In this document: piece by piece, positions 9,019 to 19,108 of the stretch | Numbering within the stretch: position 1 is the stretch's first letter | Layout of the letters: each line of letters opens with the position of its first letter | Assembly (NCBI GenBank): GCA_020343615.1 | Contig: CP070803.1 | Location: 628,166 to 692,165, forward strand | Length of the DNA: 64,000 nt | From: Candidatus Woesearchaeota archaeon | GTDB lineage: Archaea; Nanobdellota; Nanobdellia; UBA10117; GCA-020343615 | Direction of reading: 5' to 3' | Position numbers and translations under genes: made by a program | Notes under the pieces: model-generated | What the model was told of the DNA's origin: nothing | The model's database searches: none | What the model saw: the letters and a program-made list of their open reading frames with translations, nothing else

Positions 9019-10230
9019 ATGGAACAATTAGGCTTAAATGATTACTTTGAGAATTATTTAAATAAAAAATCAATATTTAAAAACAAGAGAGTGCTCCAAG
9101 AGAAATATATCCCGTCTTCTATTTCTCATAGAAAACAACAAATATCTCAATTAGCATCTATGTTAGCACCAGCTTTGAAAGTAGATAGACCCTCTAATTT
9201 ATTTTTATACGGTAAAACAGGAACAGGTAAAACTCTATGTACTAAATATATTTTTAATGAATTAAGTGAAGTATGCAAGACTAAGAAAATTGCATTACAT
9301 TTAATTTATGTTAATTGTAAATTAAAGAAAGTTTCAAATACAGAATACAGGATTATTGCACAATTTGCAAGAGAAGTTGGGCAAGAAATACCAGCGACAG
9401 GTTTGCCTACAGAAGAAGTTTATAATAGATTTTTGAAGAAGATAAATGAAAAAAAGCAAGTTGTGATTTTAGCATTAGATGAAGTAGATAGATTGGTTTC
9501 AAAATTAGGAGTTGGAGATGAAATTCTATATAATCTTACAAGATTAAATGGGGAATTAGATAAAGCTCAATTAAGTATAATTGGTATTTCTAATGATCTA
9601 AGATTTATGGAACGACTAGATCCAAGAGTTAAGAGTTCTTTAAGTGAAGAAGAAATTATTTTCCCACCGTATAATGCACTCCAAATAAAAGAGATATTAA
9701 AAGAAAGGGCTAAACTAGCATTTAATTCAAATACCATTTCAGAAGGAGTCTTAGAAAAATGTGCAGCCTATGCTGCTAGAGAACATGGGGATGCAAGAAG
9801 AGCTTTGGATTTATTAAGAGTAGCAGGTGAAATCGCTGAGAGATCTGAAAGACACTTAGTTACTCCAGACGATATTGACAAAGCTGAAGAAAAAATAGAG
9901 AGGAGCAGAATTCTAGAAATAGCAAGAACCCAACCAATACAATCTCAAATCACATTATATTCAATAATTCTTTTATCAGAAGACAATAAAGATGGAATAG
10001 CAACTGGTGAGGTATTTGAAAAATACAAGGGAATATGCAAACAGTGTAAACTTCCAGTATTAACTCAAAGACGTGTTAGTGACCTTATTTCTGAATTAGA
10101 TATGTTAGGTATAATTCATGGTAGAGTAATAAGCAAAGGAAGATACGGAAGAACTAGAGAGATATATTCAAATATCCCCACGTCACTTTTAGAAAAGGTA
10201 AAAGAAGTTTTGGAAAAAGAAATAGTATAA
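9019..10230 (+). CDS. cdc6: Orc1/Cdc6 replication initiator
   Basis: GKTGTGKT Walker A, LDEVD Walker B, GDARRALDLLR, C-terminal wHTH GRYGRTR. Confidence 0.95.
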   Translation: MEQLGLNDYFENYLNKKSIFKNKRVLQEKYIPSSISHRKQQISQLASMLAPALKVDRPSNLFLYGKTGTGKTLCTKYIFNELSEVCKTKKIALHLIYVNCKLKKVSNTEYRIIAQFAREVGQEIPATGLPTEEVYNRFLKKINEKKQVVILALDEVDRLVSKLGVGDEILYNLTRLNGELDKAQLSIIGISNDLRFMERLDPRVKSSLSEEEIIFPPYNALQIKEILKERAKLAFNSNTISEGVLEKCAAYAAREHGDARRALDLLRVAGEIAERSERHLVTPDDIDKAEEKIERSRILEIARTQPIQSQITLYSIILLSEDNKDGIATGEVFEKYKGICKQCKLPVLTQRRVSDLISELDMLGIIHGRVISKGRYGRTREIYSNIPTSLLEKVKEVLEKEIV

Positions 10231-10236
10231 GTTAAG

Positions 10237-13200
10237 ATGGAACTAAATGTTAAGAGTTCTCCAGAGATTAAAGAATATTTATCAAACTTACATAACTCCA
10301 CAGTTTCTATTTATAAGATAGCAAATCAAGCTAAAGCTAAGGGACTAGATCCTGAGAAAACTGTTCCAATACATTTAGCTACAACAATTGGTGAAAAAGT
10401 AGAAGGACTAATGTCTTCAGTAGTACCAGAACTTGAAGGAAGCGGTCTTGCAGAGAGATTAAAAGAATTGGAAAAAGAGTACGGTGCAGGCGACTGGAGA
10501 GTTTCCCTTAAGATTGCAGAAGAAATAGCTGATGGTAAATTCTGTAAATTTAGTAGTGTTGAAGATGAAATCCTTAATGGAGTAAGAACAGGTTTAGCAT
10601 ACATAACTCAAGGAATTGTTTCAGCGCCAATAGAAGGAATCATAGGAGTTAAATTAAAAAAGAGAAGAGACGGGAAATTATATTTAGCAGTTTACTACGG
10701 TGGACCTATTAGAGGAGCTGGAGGTACTGGTCAGTCTGTTTCTGTTTTACTAGCAGATCATCTTAGAAAGAAAAGAAATGTAGATGTATATGACCCTACA
10801 GATTCTGAGATAAAACGGTTTTTTACAGAAGTTACAGATTATTATGAAAAGATGGAAAGAAAACAGTATAAACCTACTGAAAGAGAAATGGAGTTCTTAA
10901 TTAAAAACATCCCTGTTGAACTAAGCGGAGATCCATCTACAGAATTAGAAGTTTCTAATTACAAAAACTTAGATAGAATCGAAACAAATAGGATTAGATC
11001 AGGTGTTGCATTACTTCTCACAGACGGATTACCTCTTAAAGCAGGAAAACTCTGGAAACAAATTTCAAAATGGGGTAAGGATTTTGATTTAGAATGGGAT
11101 TGGTTGAAAAAATTCCTTAAATTAAAAACCAAACTTAGAGACAAAGAAGAAAAAGAAGAAGAACAAAAATTAACACCAAATTATTATTTTCTTTCAGAAA
11201 TTGTAGCAGGGAGACCTGTTTTTTCATACCCTTTACATCCGAATGGTTTTAGAGTGAGATATGGACGTTCGAGATTAACAGGAGATGGAGCATGGGGGAT
11301 ACACCCCGCAACTATGAAAACCTTGAAAGATTACATAGCTACAGGAACACAACTTCGGGTTGAACGCCCAGGTAAATCCACTGCTTTAACTCCATGCGAT
11401 ACTATTGAAGGACCAATAGTTAAATTAAAAGATGGGTCAGTAAAACAAATAAATTCTATAGAAGAAGCTGAAGAGATAGTAGATAATCTTGAAGAAATAT
11501 TGTTTATTGGAGATCTACTAATCTCGCATGGAGATTTTTCAGAACAAGGAGAGAAGCTAGCACCAGTAGGATATTGTGAAGAATTCTGGGCTTTAGAATT
11601 AAATGAAAAAATAAAAGAGAAAGGTATAGAAAAATCAATTAAAGAGCTCAACATCCCTCCTGAAACATTAATAAATCTAATAAGAAATCCAATAGAATCT
11701 AAAATTACAGCTAGTGATGCAATAAATATTTCTACTGAATTAGGAATTCCTCTCCACCCAGCGTATACTTACAGATGGAGAATAATAACTAAAGAATCCT
11801 TTGAGAAATTATTAAAGTATTTGAAGGAATTGAATGATGGTGTTTTACCAATAAAAGAAGAAAAGAAAATACTTGAAGATATTGGTTTAACACATGAAGT
11901 AAAGAATAATAAAATAATCCTCTCAAAAGAGGATTCAGAAGTTTTAGAATATATTTCTAAAAATATCAAAGCAATAAAGGGAGAAGATGGTTTAGACTGT
12001 TTAAGTTCATTGCCAATTAAAATACAAGATAAAATAGGGTTAACTATTGGCGCAAGAATGGGTCGACCAGAAAAGGCAAGAATAAGAAAATTAAAAGGAA
12101 CACCCCATGTTTTGTTTCCAGTTGGCAAGGAAGGAGGAAGATTAAGATCTTTCCAATCAGCCAGCATGATTGGAAAAGTAGAAGGAGAATTCCCAATATT
12201 TGAATGTTCTGCTTGTGATAATGTTACAATATATCCTTATTGTGAGAAGTGCGGTAAGGAGACCAAAGAATGGAGAATATGTCCAGTATGTAAAAAGAAA
12301 ACGCGTAAGACTAAATGTCATAAAGAGACAATTCCTTATGAAAAAAAGAGAATAAATATCGATCACTACCTCGATACTTCTAAAAAGAGATTAGGTATAG
12401 ATCATCTACCAGAGTTGATAAAAGGAGTTAGAGGTACATCTAATAAAAACCACACTCCTGAAAATCTAGCTAAAGGAATTTTAAGAGCAAGAAATAATAT
12501 TTACGTAAATAAAGACGGAACCATTCGCTTCGATATGACAGAATTACCAATGACTCATTTTAAACCAAAAGAAGTAGGTTTGTCTTTAACAAAGGCCAAA
12601 GAGCTGGGCTATGAAAAAGATATAAAAGGGAAACTCCTCAATGATGAAAATCAAGTTTTAGAAATTAAACCTCAAGACATAATATTACCTGAAAAAGGAG
12701 GCGCATCATTATTTAGAGTTTCTAAATTTGTAGATGAAGAACTTAAAGGATTCTATAAACTGGATAGATTCTATAACTTAAAACATCCGAATGATTTAAT
12801 AGGACATTTAATTATAGGAATTGCTCCTCACACATCTGCAGGAATTATTGGTAGGGTTATAGGATTTTCAAATAGCCACACTGTTCTAGCACACCCATAC
12901 TGGCATGATGCTCAAAGAAGAGATTGTGACGGTGAAGAAACATCTGTTATTCTTGCGATGGATGCTTTCCTAAATTTCTCAAGAGAATATCTACCTGCTA
13001 AAAGAGGAGGAACAATGGATGCTCCGTTAGTTGTATCAACTATTTTAAACCCAGAGGAAATAGATGATGAAGTATATGATGTAGATACTTGTTGGAATTA
13101 TTCTCTAGACTTTTACAAAGCCACATTAGAGTATAAAGAACCGTGGTCAGTAAAAATAGAACAAATTAGAAATAGAGTAGGAAAGCCTCAGCAATATGAG

Positions 13201-13668
13201 GGAATAGGATACACACATAAAGTCAGCAATATAAATTTAGGAGTGATTTCCTCAAGTTATAAGACAATACCAACAATGGTAGAAAAGATGGAGGCTCAGA
13301 TGGAACTCGCAAATAAAATTCGAGCAGTTGATGCAGCGGGAGTTGCCGGACTAGTCATTGAAGGTCATTTTATCAGAGATATTAAAGGAAACTTAAGAAA
13401 ATTCACACAACAAGAATTTAGATGTGTCAGTTGTAATACGAAATATAGAAGACCTCCTCTATCCGGAGTATGTAGCAATTGTAGAGGTAAGCTGATATTT
13501 ACAATTAGCGAAGGAACTGTGAAGAAATACTTGGAACCAAGTCTTAATCTTGCTAATAACGAGAACGTACCAAATTATATAAAGCAGAGCATAGAACTGG
13601 TAAAAAATAGAATTGAGACAATATTTGGGAAAGAAAAAACCAAGCAAATGGATTTAAGAAGGTTTTGA
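10237..13668 (+). CDS. polC: DNA polymerase D large subunit DP2, no intein
   Basis: GPIRGAGGT, FRVRYGRSR, GARMGRPEKA, KDGTIRFD, APHTSAG, GGTMDAPL, Zn-binding Cys clusters, C-terminal PIP QMDLRRF. Confidence 0.95.
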   Translation: MELNVKSSPEIKEYLSNLHNSTVSIYKIANQAKAKGLDPEKTVPIHLATTIGEKVEGLMSSVVPELEGSGLAERLKELEKEYGAGDWRVSLKIAEEIADGKFCKFSSVEDEILNGVRTGLAYITQGIVSAPIEGIIGVKLKKRRDGKLYLAVYYGGPIRGAGGTGQSVSVLLADHLRKKRNVDVYDPTDSEIKRFFTEVTDYYEKMERKQYKPTEREMEFLIKNIPVELSGDPSTELEVSNYKNLDRIETNRIRSGVALLLTDGLPLKAGKLWKQISKWGKDFDLEWDWLKKFLKLKTKLRDKEEKEEEQKLTPNYYFLSEIVAGRPVFSYPLHPNGFRVRYGRSRLTGDGAWGIHPATMKTLKDYIATGTQLRVERPGKSTALTPCDTIEGPIVKLKDGSVKQINSIEEAEEIVDNLEEILFIGDLLISHGDFSEQGEKLAPVGYCEEFWALELNEKIKEKGIEKSIKELNIPPETLINLIRNPIESKITASDAINISTELGIPLHPAYTYRWRIITKESFEKLLKYLKELNDGVLPIKEEKKILEDIGLTHEVKNNKIILSKEDSEVLEYISKNIKAIKGEDGLDCLSSLPIKIQDKIGLTIGARMGRPEKARIRKLKGTPHVLFPVGKEGGRLRSFQSASMIGKVEGEFPIFECSACDNVTIYPYCEKCGKETKEWRICPVCKKKTRKTKCHKETIPYEKKRINIDHYLDTSKKRLGIDHLPELIKGVRGTSNKNHTPENLAKGILRARNNIYVNKDGTIRFDMTELPMTHFKPKEVGLSLTKAKELGYEKDIKGKLLNDENQVLEIKPQDIILPEKGGASLFRVSKFVDEELKGFYKLDRFYNLKHPNDLIGHLIIGIAPHTSAGIIGRVIGFSNSHTVLAHPYWHDAQRRDCDGEETSVILAMDAFLNFSREYLPAKRGGTMDAPLVVSTILNPEEIDDEVYDVDTCWNYSLDFYKATLEYKEPWSVKIEQIRNRVGKPQQYEGIGYTHKVSNINLGVISSSYKTIPTMVEKMEAQMELANKIRAVDAAGVAGLVIEGHFIRDIKGNLRKFTQQEFRCVSCNTKYRRPPLSGVCSNCRGKLIFTISEGTVKKYLEPSLNLANNENVPNYIKQSIELVKNRIETIFGKEKTKQMDLRRF

Positions 13669-13669
13669 A

Positions 13670-14431
13670 ATGAAAGTAAAAATAAGATGCCCTAATGGTG
13701 AAATAAAAACTCCTAAAGAATGCTTAGATGCAGAAAAGTCTTTACCAACACCAATTCTAAAAAAAGTGCTTGAAGGAGTTCTAAAAGAATCTACACCAAG
13801 AGACAGAGTAAGATTTGGAGCAACTAAAATAACAACCAATTGTTTAAGACAGTCTTTTTATCAAATTACTGAAGAACAAATTTTAGACCTTGATAAATTA
13901 TGGATACTTTCAAGAGGTCATGCATTTCATGATCATTTTGATTTTGGAAAAAATGAAGTATTCGTTGAAAAGAAATTCAAGGATTTTGATGTTATTGGGT
14001 TCATAGACGGCATAGATAACAATGTGTTATATGAATTAAAAACAACGAGCAACATCCCTGAAGAACCACAAGATCATCATGTCTTGCAAGCTCAAGCATA
14101 CTATTCAATGTATCCTGATAAAGATAAGATAGACAAAATTATGTTAGTGTACTTAAGTTTAAGTACAATCAAAACTTTTGAAGTTCCTAAAAGAGACATA
14201 ATTCCATGGATTGAAAGTAGAGGACATCAGCTAGCAACTGCTTTGAAAACCAAAACTCCCCCACCAAAAGAGAAGACATGGTTGTGTAGTTACTGCCCTT
14301 TTTTAGATATTTGTGAAAATCATAAAGTTGAGAAAAAAGAGTCTGTAAAAAGAGAAGTAGATAAAATACTCTATAATAAAAAAGAAAAGAAAAAAGTAGA
14401 AACGTGGAAAGATATATTTAATAATGGTTAA
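13670..14431 (+). CDS. solo Cas4-like PD-(D/E)XK nuclease (4Fe-4S type)
   Basis: N-terminal Cys (NCLRQ), RGHAFH, GFIDG, ELKT, QAQAY, C-terminal CSYCPFLDIC. Confidence 0.8.
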   Translation: MKVKIRCPNGEIKTPKECLDAEKSLPTPILKKVLEGVLKESTPRDRVRFGATKITTNCLRQSFYQITEEQILDLDKLWILSRGHAFHDHFDFGKNEVFVEKKFKDFDVIGFIDGIDNNVLYELKTTSNIPEEPQDHHVLQAQAYYSMYPDKDKIDKIMLVYLSLSTIKTFEVPKRDIIPWIESRGHQLATALKTKTPPPKEKTWLCSYCPFLDICENHKVEKKESVKREVDKILYNKKEKKKVETWKDIFNNG

Positions 14432-15123
14432 GTTTGACCACTATCCATAAACTCAATAATAGTTCTCATCACATTTTCAGCCATACCACTTAACTCAGCT
14501 ACATCATTAGTATAGCTTTTTTTATGGTCCTTTTTTCCAAGATAAACATTCTTAATTTTGTATCCTTGCTTATATGCAGATAGTATCAAACCAACATCGA
14601 TCCCCCAACTATCTACAAAGTCAAGTTTCATGAATGTTGATTTCTTAGCAGATATTTCCCCCTCAAGCGGCATGTTAACTTCTAGATCTGGAAACAGCAT
14701 TTTAAGCATAGGTTTAGCTACTAATTTAGTCACAGGAGCATCAGTAGGACCTCGTTCATAGTCAGCTTTACAAATATCAGTTTCACCTTTTATAATTGGA
14801 TCCGTCATTTGAGTTATCCACTTTTTGTCAAAATTTATTATATCTGCATCTAGAAATAATACAATATCCCCGGTAGCCTCCTTTACTCCAGTTTTCATAG
14901 CAACTCCTTTACCCGGAGCTACCTTTCTTGATTGTAGAAGAACTTTAGCACCCGCTTTCTCAGCGAATTCCCTAGTTCTATCTGTTGAAAAACCATCAAC
15001 AACTATAATTTCATGAATATCAGCTTCCTTTAATTTTTGTATAATATCAGCTATGTTGTTTTCCTCATTTTTAGCAGGTATAATCACAGATATTTTGTTT
15101 CCGTTTTCAGATTTTTCACTCAT
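14428..15123 (-). CDS. GT-A glycosyltransferase, glucosyl-3-phosphoglycerate synthase-like
   Basis: IPAKNEE, VVDGFSTD, GKGVAM, FLDAD, PLEGE, WGIDVGLI. Confidence 0.7.
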   Translation of the reverse strand: MSEKSENGNKISVIIPAKNEENNIADIIQKLKEADIHEIIVVDGFSTDRTREFAEKAGAKVLLQSRKVAPGKGVAMKTGVKEATGDIVLFLDADIINFDKKWITQMTDPIIKGETDICKADYERGPTDAPVTKLVAKPMLKMLFPDLEVNMPLEGEISAKKSTFMKLDFVDSWGIDVGLILSAYKQGYKIKNVYLGKKDHKKSYTNDVAELSGMAENVMRTIIEFMDSGQT

Positions 15124-15177
15124 TCCACTACCATTAACTTCTCTAATACTACTATAGTCTAATGATATTTATAAAGT

Positions 15178-15888
15178 TTAATCTTTAGCAAGCTTCCAAA
15201 GTATCTCAAATTGGTTCCTGTAACTTTTTGCAATGTCTTTATGATGTATTAATATAGAAATTGGATTTTTTGTCCAAAGAGAAATAGCTATATTATCTCC
15301 ATAAATATTTGTTGCAACAGTTGAAATATACGAATCTGGTAAATATCTAATTTTTGAAAGAGGAATGTCATATTTTTTCCGCTTACTTTCAGGAAATAAA
15401 ATTCTAATTTTTTGGTTTTGTTTTTTTCTTTTTATATCAAAAGGTGGAAAAAAGAACCGATTAACATCAGAATAGGTTGTAGCACCAATTACTAAAATTT
15501 CTTCACCAGTTTTAACCATATCCTCATAAATAATTTTTAAGCCAACCATTCCTTGATAGAAGCTAGTTTCAGGCCTTGATTTAGAAATATCAAATTTCTT
15601 AATCAAATCAGGAATAATCTGATTTAATTTATCTTCCTTATCTTTTATTTCTGTAAGAAGTCTACTAGGATGAGTGACATAATAATGCTTACGATTATTT
15701 TTTACGATATAAGTTGCCAAACCTTTCTTAATTAAACGTTCAACAGCATCATAAACACATCTTCTATGAATACCTGATCGACGGGAGATAACACTAGCTA
15801 AAGCAGAACCTTGTTCTAGGATTGCGAGATAGACTTTAGCTTCTAGTTTAGTTAATCCAATTTCTTCTAGAATTTTTTCATTAATCAT
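15178..15888 (-). CDS. TrmB-family transcriptional regulator
   Basis: LEEIGLTKLEAKVYLA HTH; C-terminal PLD-like effector domain (YGDNIAI, FEILW). Confidence 0.85.
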   Translation of the reverse strand: MINEKILEEIGLTKLEAKVYLAILEQGSALASVISRRSGIHRRCVYDAVERLIKKGLATYIVKNNRKHYYVTHPSRLLTEIKDKEDKLNQIIPDLIKKFDISKSRPETSFYQGMVGLKIIYEDMVKTGEEILVIGATTYSDVNRFFFPPFDIKRKKQNQKIRILFPESKRKKYDIPLSKIRYLPDSYISTVATNIYGDNIAISLWTKNPISILIHHKDIAKSYRNQFEILWKLAKD

Positions 15889-15911
15889 AATTAGAAAAAT
15901 AAAAAACAGTA

Positions 15912-17027
15912 TTATTTAACTGTTTCAGTTTTAATACCTGTTTTATATCTCAAACCAAATCCATTACCAATGTCTAATCTGTTCCAAGTATTTTTTGCTC
16001 TTGGACCGAGCTTGTATCCACTTTCCCATTCTGGTACGTTCCATCCGGGCTTGTTTAATCCGTTGTTTCCGTTTCCGTATTTATTAAATGCTAATTCGAC
16101 TGCTCTGTTTCTAAATCTCAATTTTGGTATTATTGAATAAGACAGCGTACTTGCCCTGTTTTGTGCATAGGCTAACCCCTCAGCGTTAGCATCTACTCCC
16201 GGGAATTCACCAGTATATGCAGGCACGTCCAATTCAGCCTTGAATGTTGGAACTTTTATCTTTCTTCCAGGTTCTTTATATATATCCGCAACTTTCTTGA
16301 CATCGTATCTAACGTCTTCATCAACAGCTCTTACTCCTATATCCTTGAGGTTTTTAGCAGCCATTCTATAATGCTGTGCTTCTTGAGTTAATCTTTGTTC
16401 AAGAGCCTTTGATTTTATGTAAGGAGCCCCGTAGAATGCACACCAAGCATTTGGATGTACAAAGTTCTTAACAACGATGCTGTTTCCAGTATAAAGTTCC
16501 TTGTCTTTTAAGAAATCATTTTCTTTAGCAGTTGGGCTAAACTCAATTGTACTCCATCCATTGTACATGTCTCCGTTAAGATCAGTTAACAAGAAGTTTC
16601 TATACGCTCCTGTTTCATTTGTTTTCCTGTTAACAACATTTTGGTCAAATATTCTTACAGAAAATGAAAACACATCTTTATTTGCAGCCACACCAGTTAT
16701 GTTTCCATGTCTATTTTCAGGAGAAACTACCCATTCATCTTCCTTATGTGTCTTTGCTCTACGTCCAGTATATTCTGGAATGTTTATTACAGCGTTTCTG
16801 TCTGCAAGAGCACTCATAATTGTTGCTAGGTCTAGATTAGTACCATGAAACATACCTGTAGCGTTATATGCCGGTGCAGGATTTCTTGAATACAAATCAT
16901 AATTCCAATCCTTCAGAATCTTTTCTGTAGTGGCGTCTATATTGGATTCTCTGTCCAGTATTTGTTCCATATCTTGGTCGTCTAATAGTCCATCTAAAGT
17001 TTGTGCGATTACCATTTTAATCACCAA
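15912..17027 (-). CDS. hypothetical protein of unknown function
   Basis: 371-aa ORF with good codon structure and GGTGA SD-like sequence at the start; no motif assigned. Confidence 0.6.
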   Translation of the reverse strand: MVIKMVIAQTLDGLLDDQDMEQILDRESNIDATTEKILKDWNYDLYSRNPAPAYNATGMFHGTNLDLATIMSALADRNAVINIPEYTGRRAKTHKEDEWVVSPENRHGNITGVAANKDVFSFSVRIFDQNVVNRKTNETGAYRNFLLTDLNGDMYNGWSTIEFSPTAKENDFLKDKELYTGNSIVVKNFVHPNAWCAFYGAPYIKSKALEQRLTQEAQHYRMAAKNLKDIGVRAVDEDVRYDVKKVADIYKEPGRKIKVPTFKAELDVPAYTGEFPGVDANAEGLAYAQNRASTLSYSIIPKLRFRNRAVELAFNKYGNGNNGLNKPGWNVPEWESGYKLGPRAKNTWNRLDIGNGFGLRYKTGIKTETVK

Positions 17028-17140
17028 ATACTATTGAGAATCTAAGAGTGTATAAATTATCGTGGGTATAAGTAGTACCACATAATGTTTCAAATAAATT
17101 AAACCGGAAATTTATAAAACTTTTTTATGTTATAGTAGTT

Positions 17141-17485
17141 ATGCAGTCTATATTAGAAAAGAGAAGATTAGTAAGAAAAGATAATCCTAGCCCATGGGAT
17201 CTTCTTGAAGGGTTTGGGATGCAACACCCAACCTTATTAGACATCATTTCAGATAATAATCAAATACAAACATATTCTAAAATTCAAGCAGGAAAATATT
17301 TTTGTGATCACAACGATTCTAGAATTCTCTTAAATTTTATAGGCTATAATAAAAACACCGCGACATGTGATCACCTTTCTCTTGAGATAGGAAAGCCTTT
17401 CTTTTTTTATGATGTAAAAGACTGTTATGCGTTTAAACTATACATTAAAGATGGGCAACTCATAAAAGAAAAGATTACAAAATAG
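17141..17485 (+). CDS. hypothetical protein
   Basis: 114-aa ORF after a TATA-like tttataaa. Confidence 0.4.
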   Translation: MQSILEKRRLVRKDNPSPWDLLEGFGMQHPTLLDIISDNNQIQTYSKIQAGKYFCDHNDSRILLNFIGYNKNTATCDHLSLEIGKPFFFYDVKDCYAFKLYIKDGQLIKEKITK

Positions 17486-18671
17486 AATAAAAGATTACAG
17501 GCATAATTAAACATCCCATTAAATGAATCCTCTTGACCTTAAGACATGGAGCTAGCAATCCTACCGCTGAAGCCACAGATAATACCACAAACCCTACAAG
17601 ACCAGTGAGTATTACAACTAAAAGGATAATTAAAACAATAATAAATTTAGATACTTTCCTATAATTTATTTTTGAGATTCTATTTGCAAATATTTTCCCA
17701 ATTTTTAAACCAAACATTATTCCAAATCCAACAGAAGTTAATGCAGCCACCACTAAAATCATATAATGCTGTAAGTTTAAAGATAATAATTGTTGTAAGG
17801 AAGAAATAACACCAGTTCTCGCCTTGCCTAAAATATAAAACACAGTCAAAGTAAATATTGCTCCAGAAGTATTAATCCCCCCAAGTGTAACTAAAAAGTC
17901 TTCATCCTTCTTATGTTTTGAAAATCCACTAGCAATTATTGCAGCCTGCGCAGACCCAACACCAGGCATGATACTTACAAGAATTGAAGATAAGCTTGCT
18001 TTTAGATAACTAGTAATTCTATTTTTTCTTAGTAATTTTATATTGTTACTTACTCTTTGTATTATTATTTTATCCTGATTAAATAAAGAAATAACCAGAA
18101 CCGGAATTCCAAACAATCCGCTAAGTAAAGGGAAAAGAGGTTGTTTTATATTAATCCCATTTAATACAATTACTCCTAACGTTCCAGAAAGTAAAAATAA
18201 TATAAGAGCCCAGAGCCTACGTCTTTCCTGCAATATAAATAAAATTGAAAAAATAACAAGTAAAGGTATAATAAAATGACTTAAACTATTGTAAGCGCTT
18301 TCTAAAAATACAAATAATAAAGGAATAAATAAAATACTAAGAATTGAAGCACCAATCCCACCACTTATAGTAAATTTTAATGCGTCATACCCTCTACCAT
18401 TTAATAAAAAATCATGCCCAGGGAGTACAGATAATGCAGTTTCTCCTTCAGGAGCACCTAGAAATATCGAAGGTATGAAATCTAAAAAACTATGAACAAT
18501 AACCATTGAAATTAGAAAAACACCAAGATCTATTTTAGTAAAATAAGTGGATAAATAAGGAACAAAAGATAAGAGCAATATTGCAATTAAATTAACATGC
18601 ACACCCGGAATTAATCCAGTTACAATTCCAAACATAACACCCAACAACAAAGCTAAAATAATCAATGACAT
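17475..18671 (-). CDS. TctA-like (DUF112) permease
   Basis: TGLIPGVHVN, FIPSIFLGAP, LSVLPGH, PLLSGLFG. Confidence 0.85.
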   Translation of the reverse strand: MSLIILALLLGVMFGIVTGLIPGVHVNLIAILLLSFVPYLSTYFTKIDLGVFLISMVIVHSFLDFIPSIFLGAPEGETALSVLPGHDFLLNGRGYDALKFTISGGIGASILSILFIPLLFVFLESAYNSLSHFIIPLLVIFSILFILQERRRLWALILFLLSGTLGVIVLNGINIKQPLFPLLSGLFGIPVLVISLFNQDKIIIQRVSNNIKLLRKNRITSYLKASLSSILVSIMPGVGSAQAAIIASGFSKHKKDEDFLVTLGGINTSGAIFTLTVFYILGKARTGVISSLQQLLSLNLQHYMILVVAALTSVGFGIMFGLKIGKIFANRISKINYRKVSKFIIVLIILLVVILTGLVGFVVLSVASAVGLLAPCLKVKRIHLMGCLIMPVIFYSIL

Positions 18672-19000
18672 TTTATTTCATCCGCGATGATTTCTAACTC
18701 CCCTTTGTATACTTCAACTTTTCCTGTAACTTGTATGGCTGAACAAGGAGGTCTTTTTAATCTAGAAAAAGATACTACTAATATCTCTCCAGTTTTATCT
18801 CTAACCTCTATGAATGTTACAGTAGGTTTGGATGAAAAACTCAGAATTTCCCCATCAATTGTGACTACTTTACCTAAATTCTCATCAGAGCTAATTATGT
18901 TTATCTTAGCAGGTTCAGAGTACTCAGCAATGAGCAGTAAGATACATATCCCAATTATTGACCAAATAAAGGCACCTTTGAATAAAATAGAGTCTTTCAT
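18662..19000 (-). CDS. membrane-anchored OB-fold protein
   Basis: N-terminal TM; VTIDGEI, RDKTGEI, VTGKVEVYKGELEIIA. Confidence 0.75.
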   Translation of the reverse strand: MKDSILFKGAFIWSIIGICILLLIAEYSEPAKINIISSDENLGKVVTIDGEILSFSSKPTVTFIEVRDKTGEILVVSFSRLKRPPCSAIQVTGKVEVYKGELEIIADEIKCH

Positions 19001-19108
19001 AATTTAAAAGAAGCAGTACTTCAATAATAATGAATATAATTTACTAGTCCTGAAAGATTATTCAGCAGTAAGGAAATACTTAAAAATACTTCCGAATACT
19101 CAACTAAG

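Noticed and set aside
9019..13668. Inteins in Cdc6 or DP2
   Set aside because: Lengths are normal and no Hint/LAGLIDADG motifs or HN-C/S junctions are seen
13670..14431. CRISPR-Cas locus
   Set aside because: Only a Cas4-like gene; no repeat-spacer array or other cas genes seen in the window
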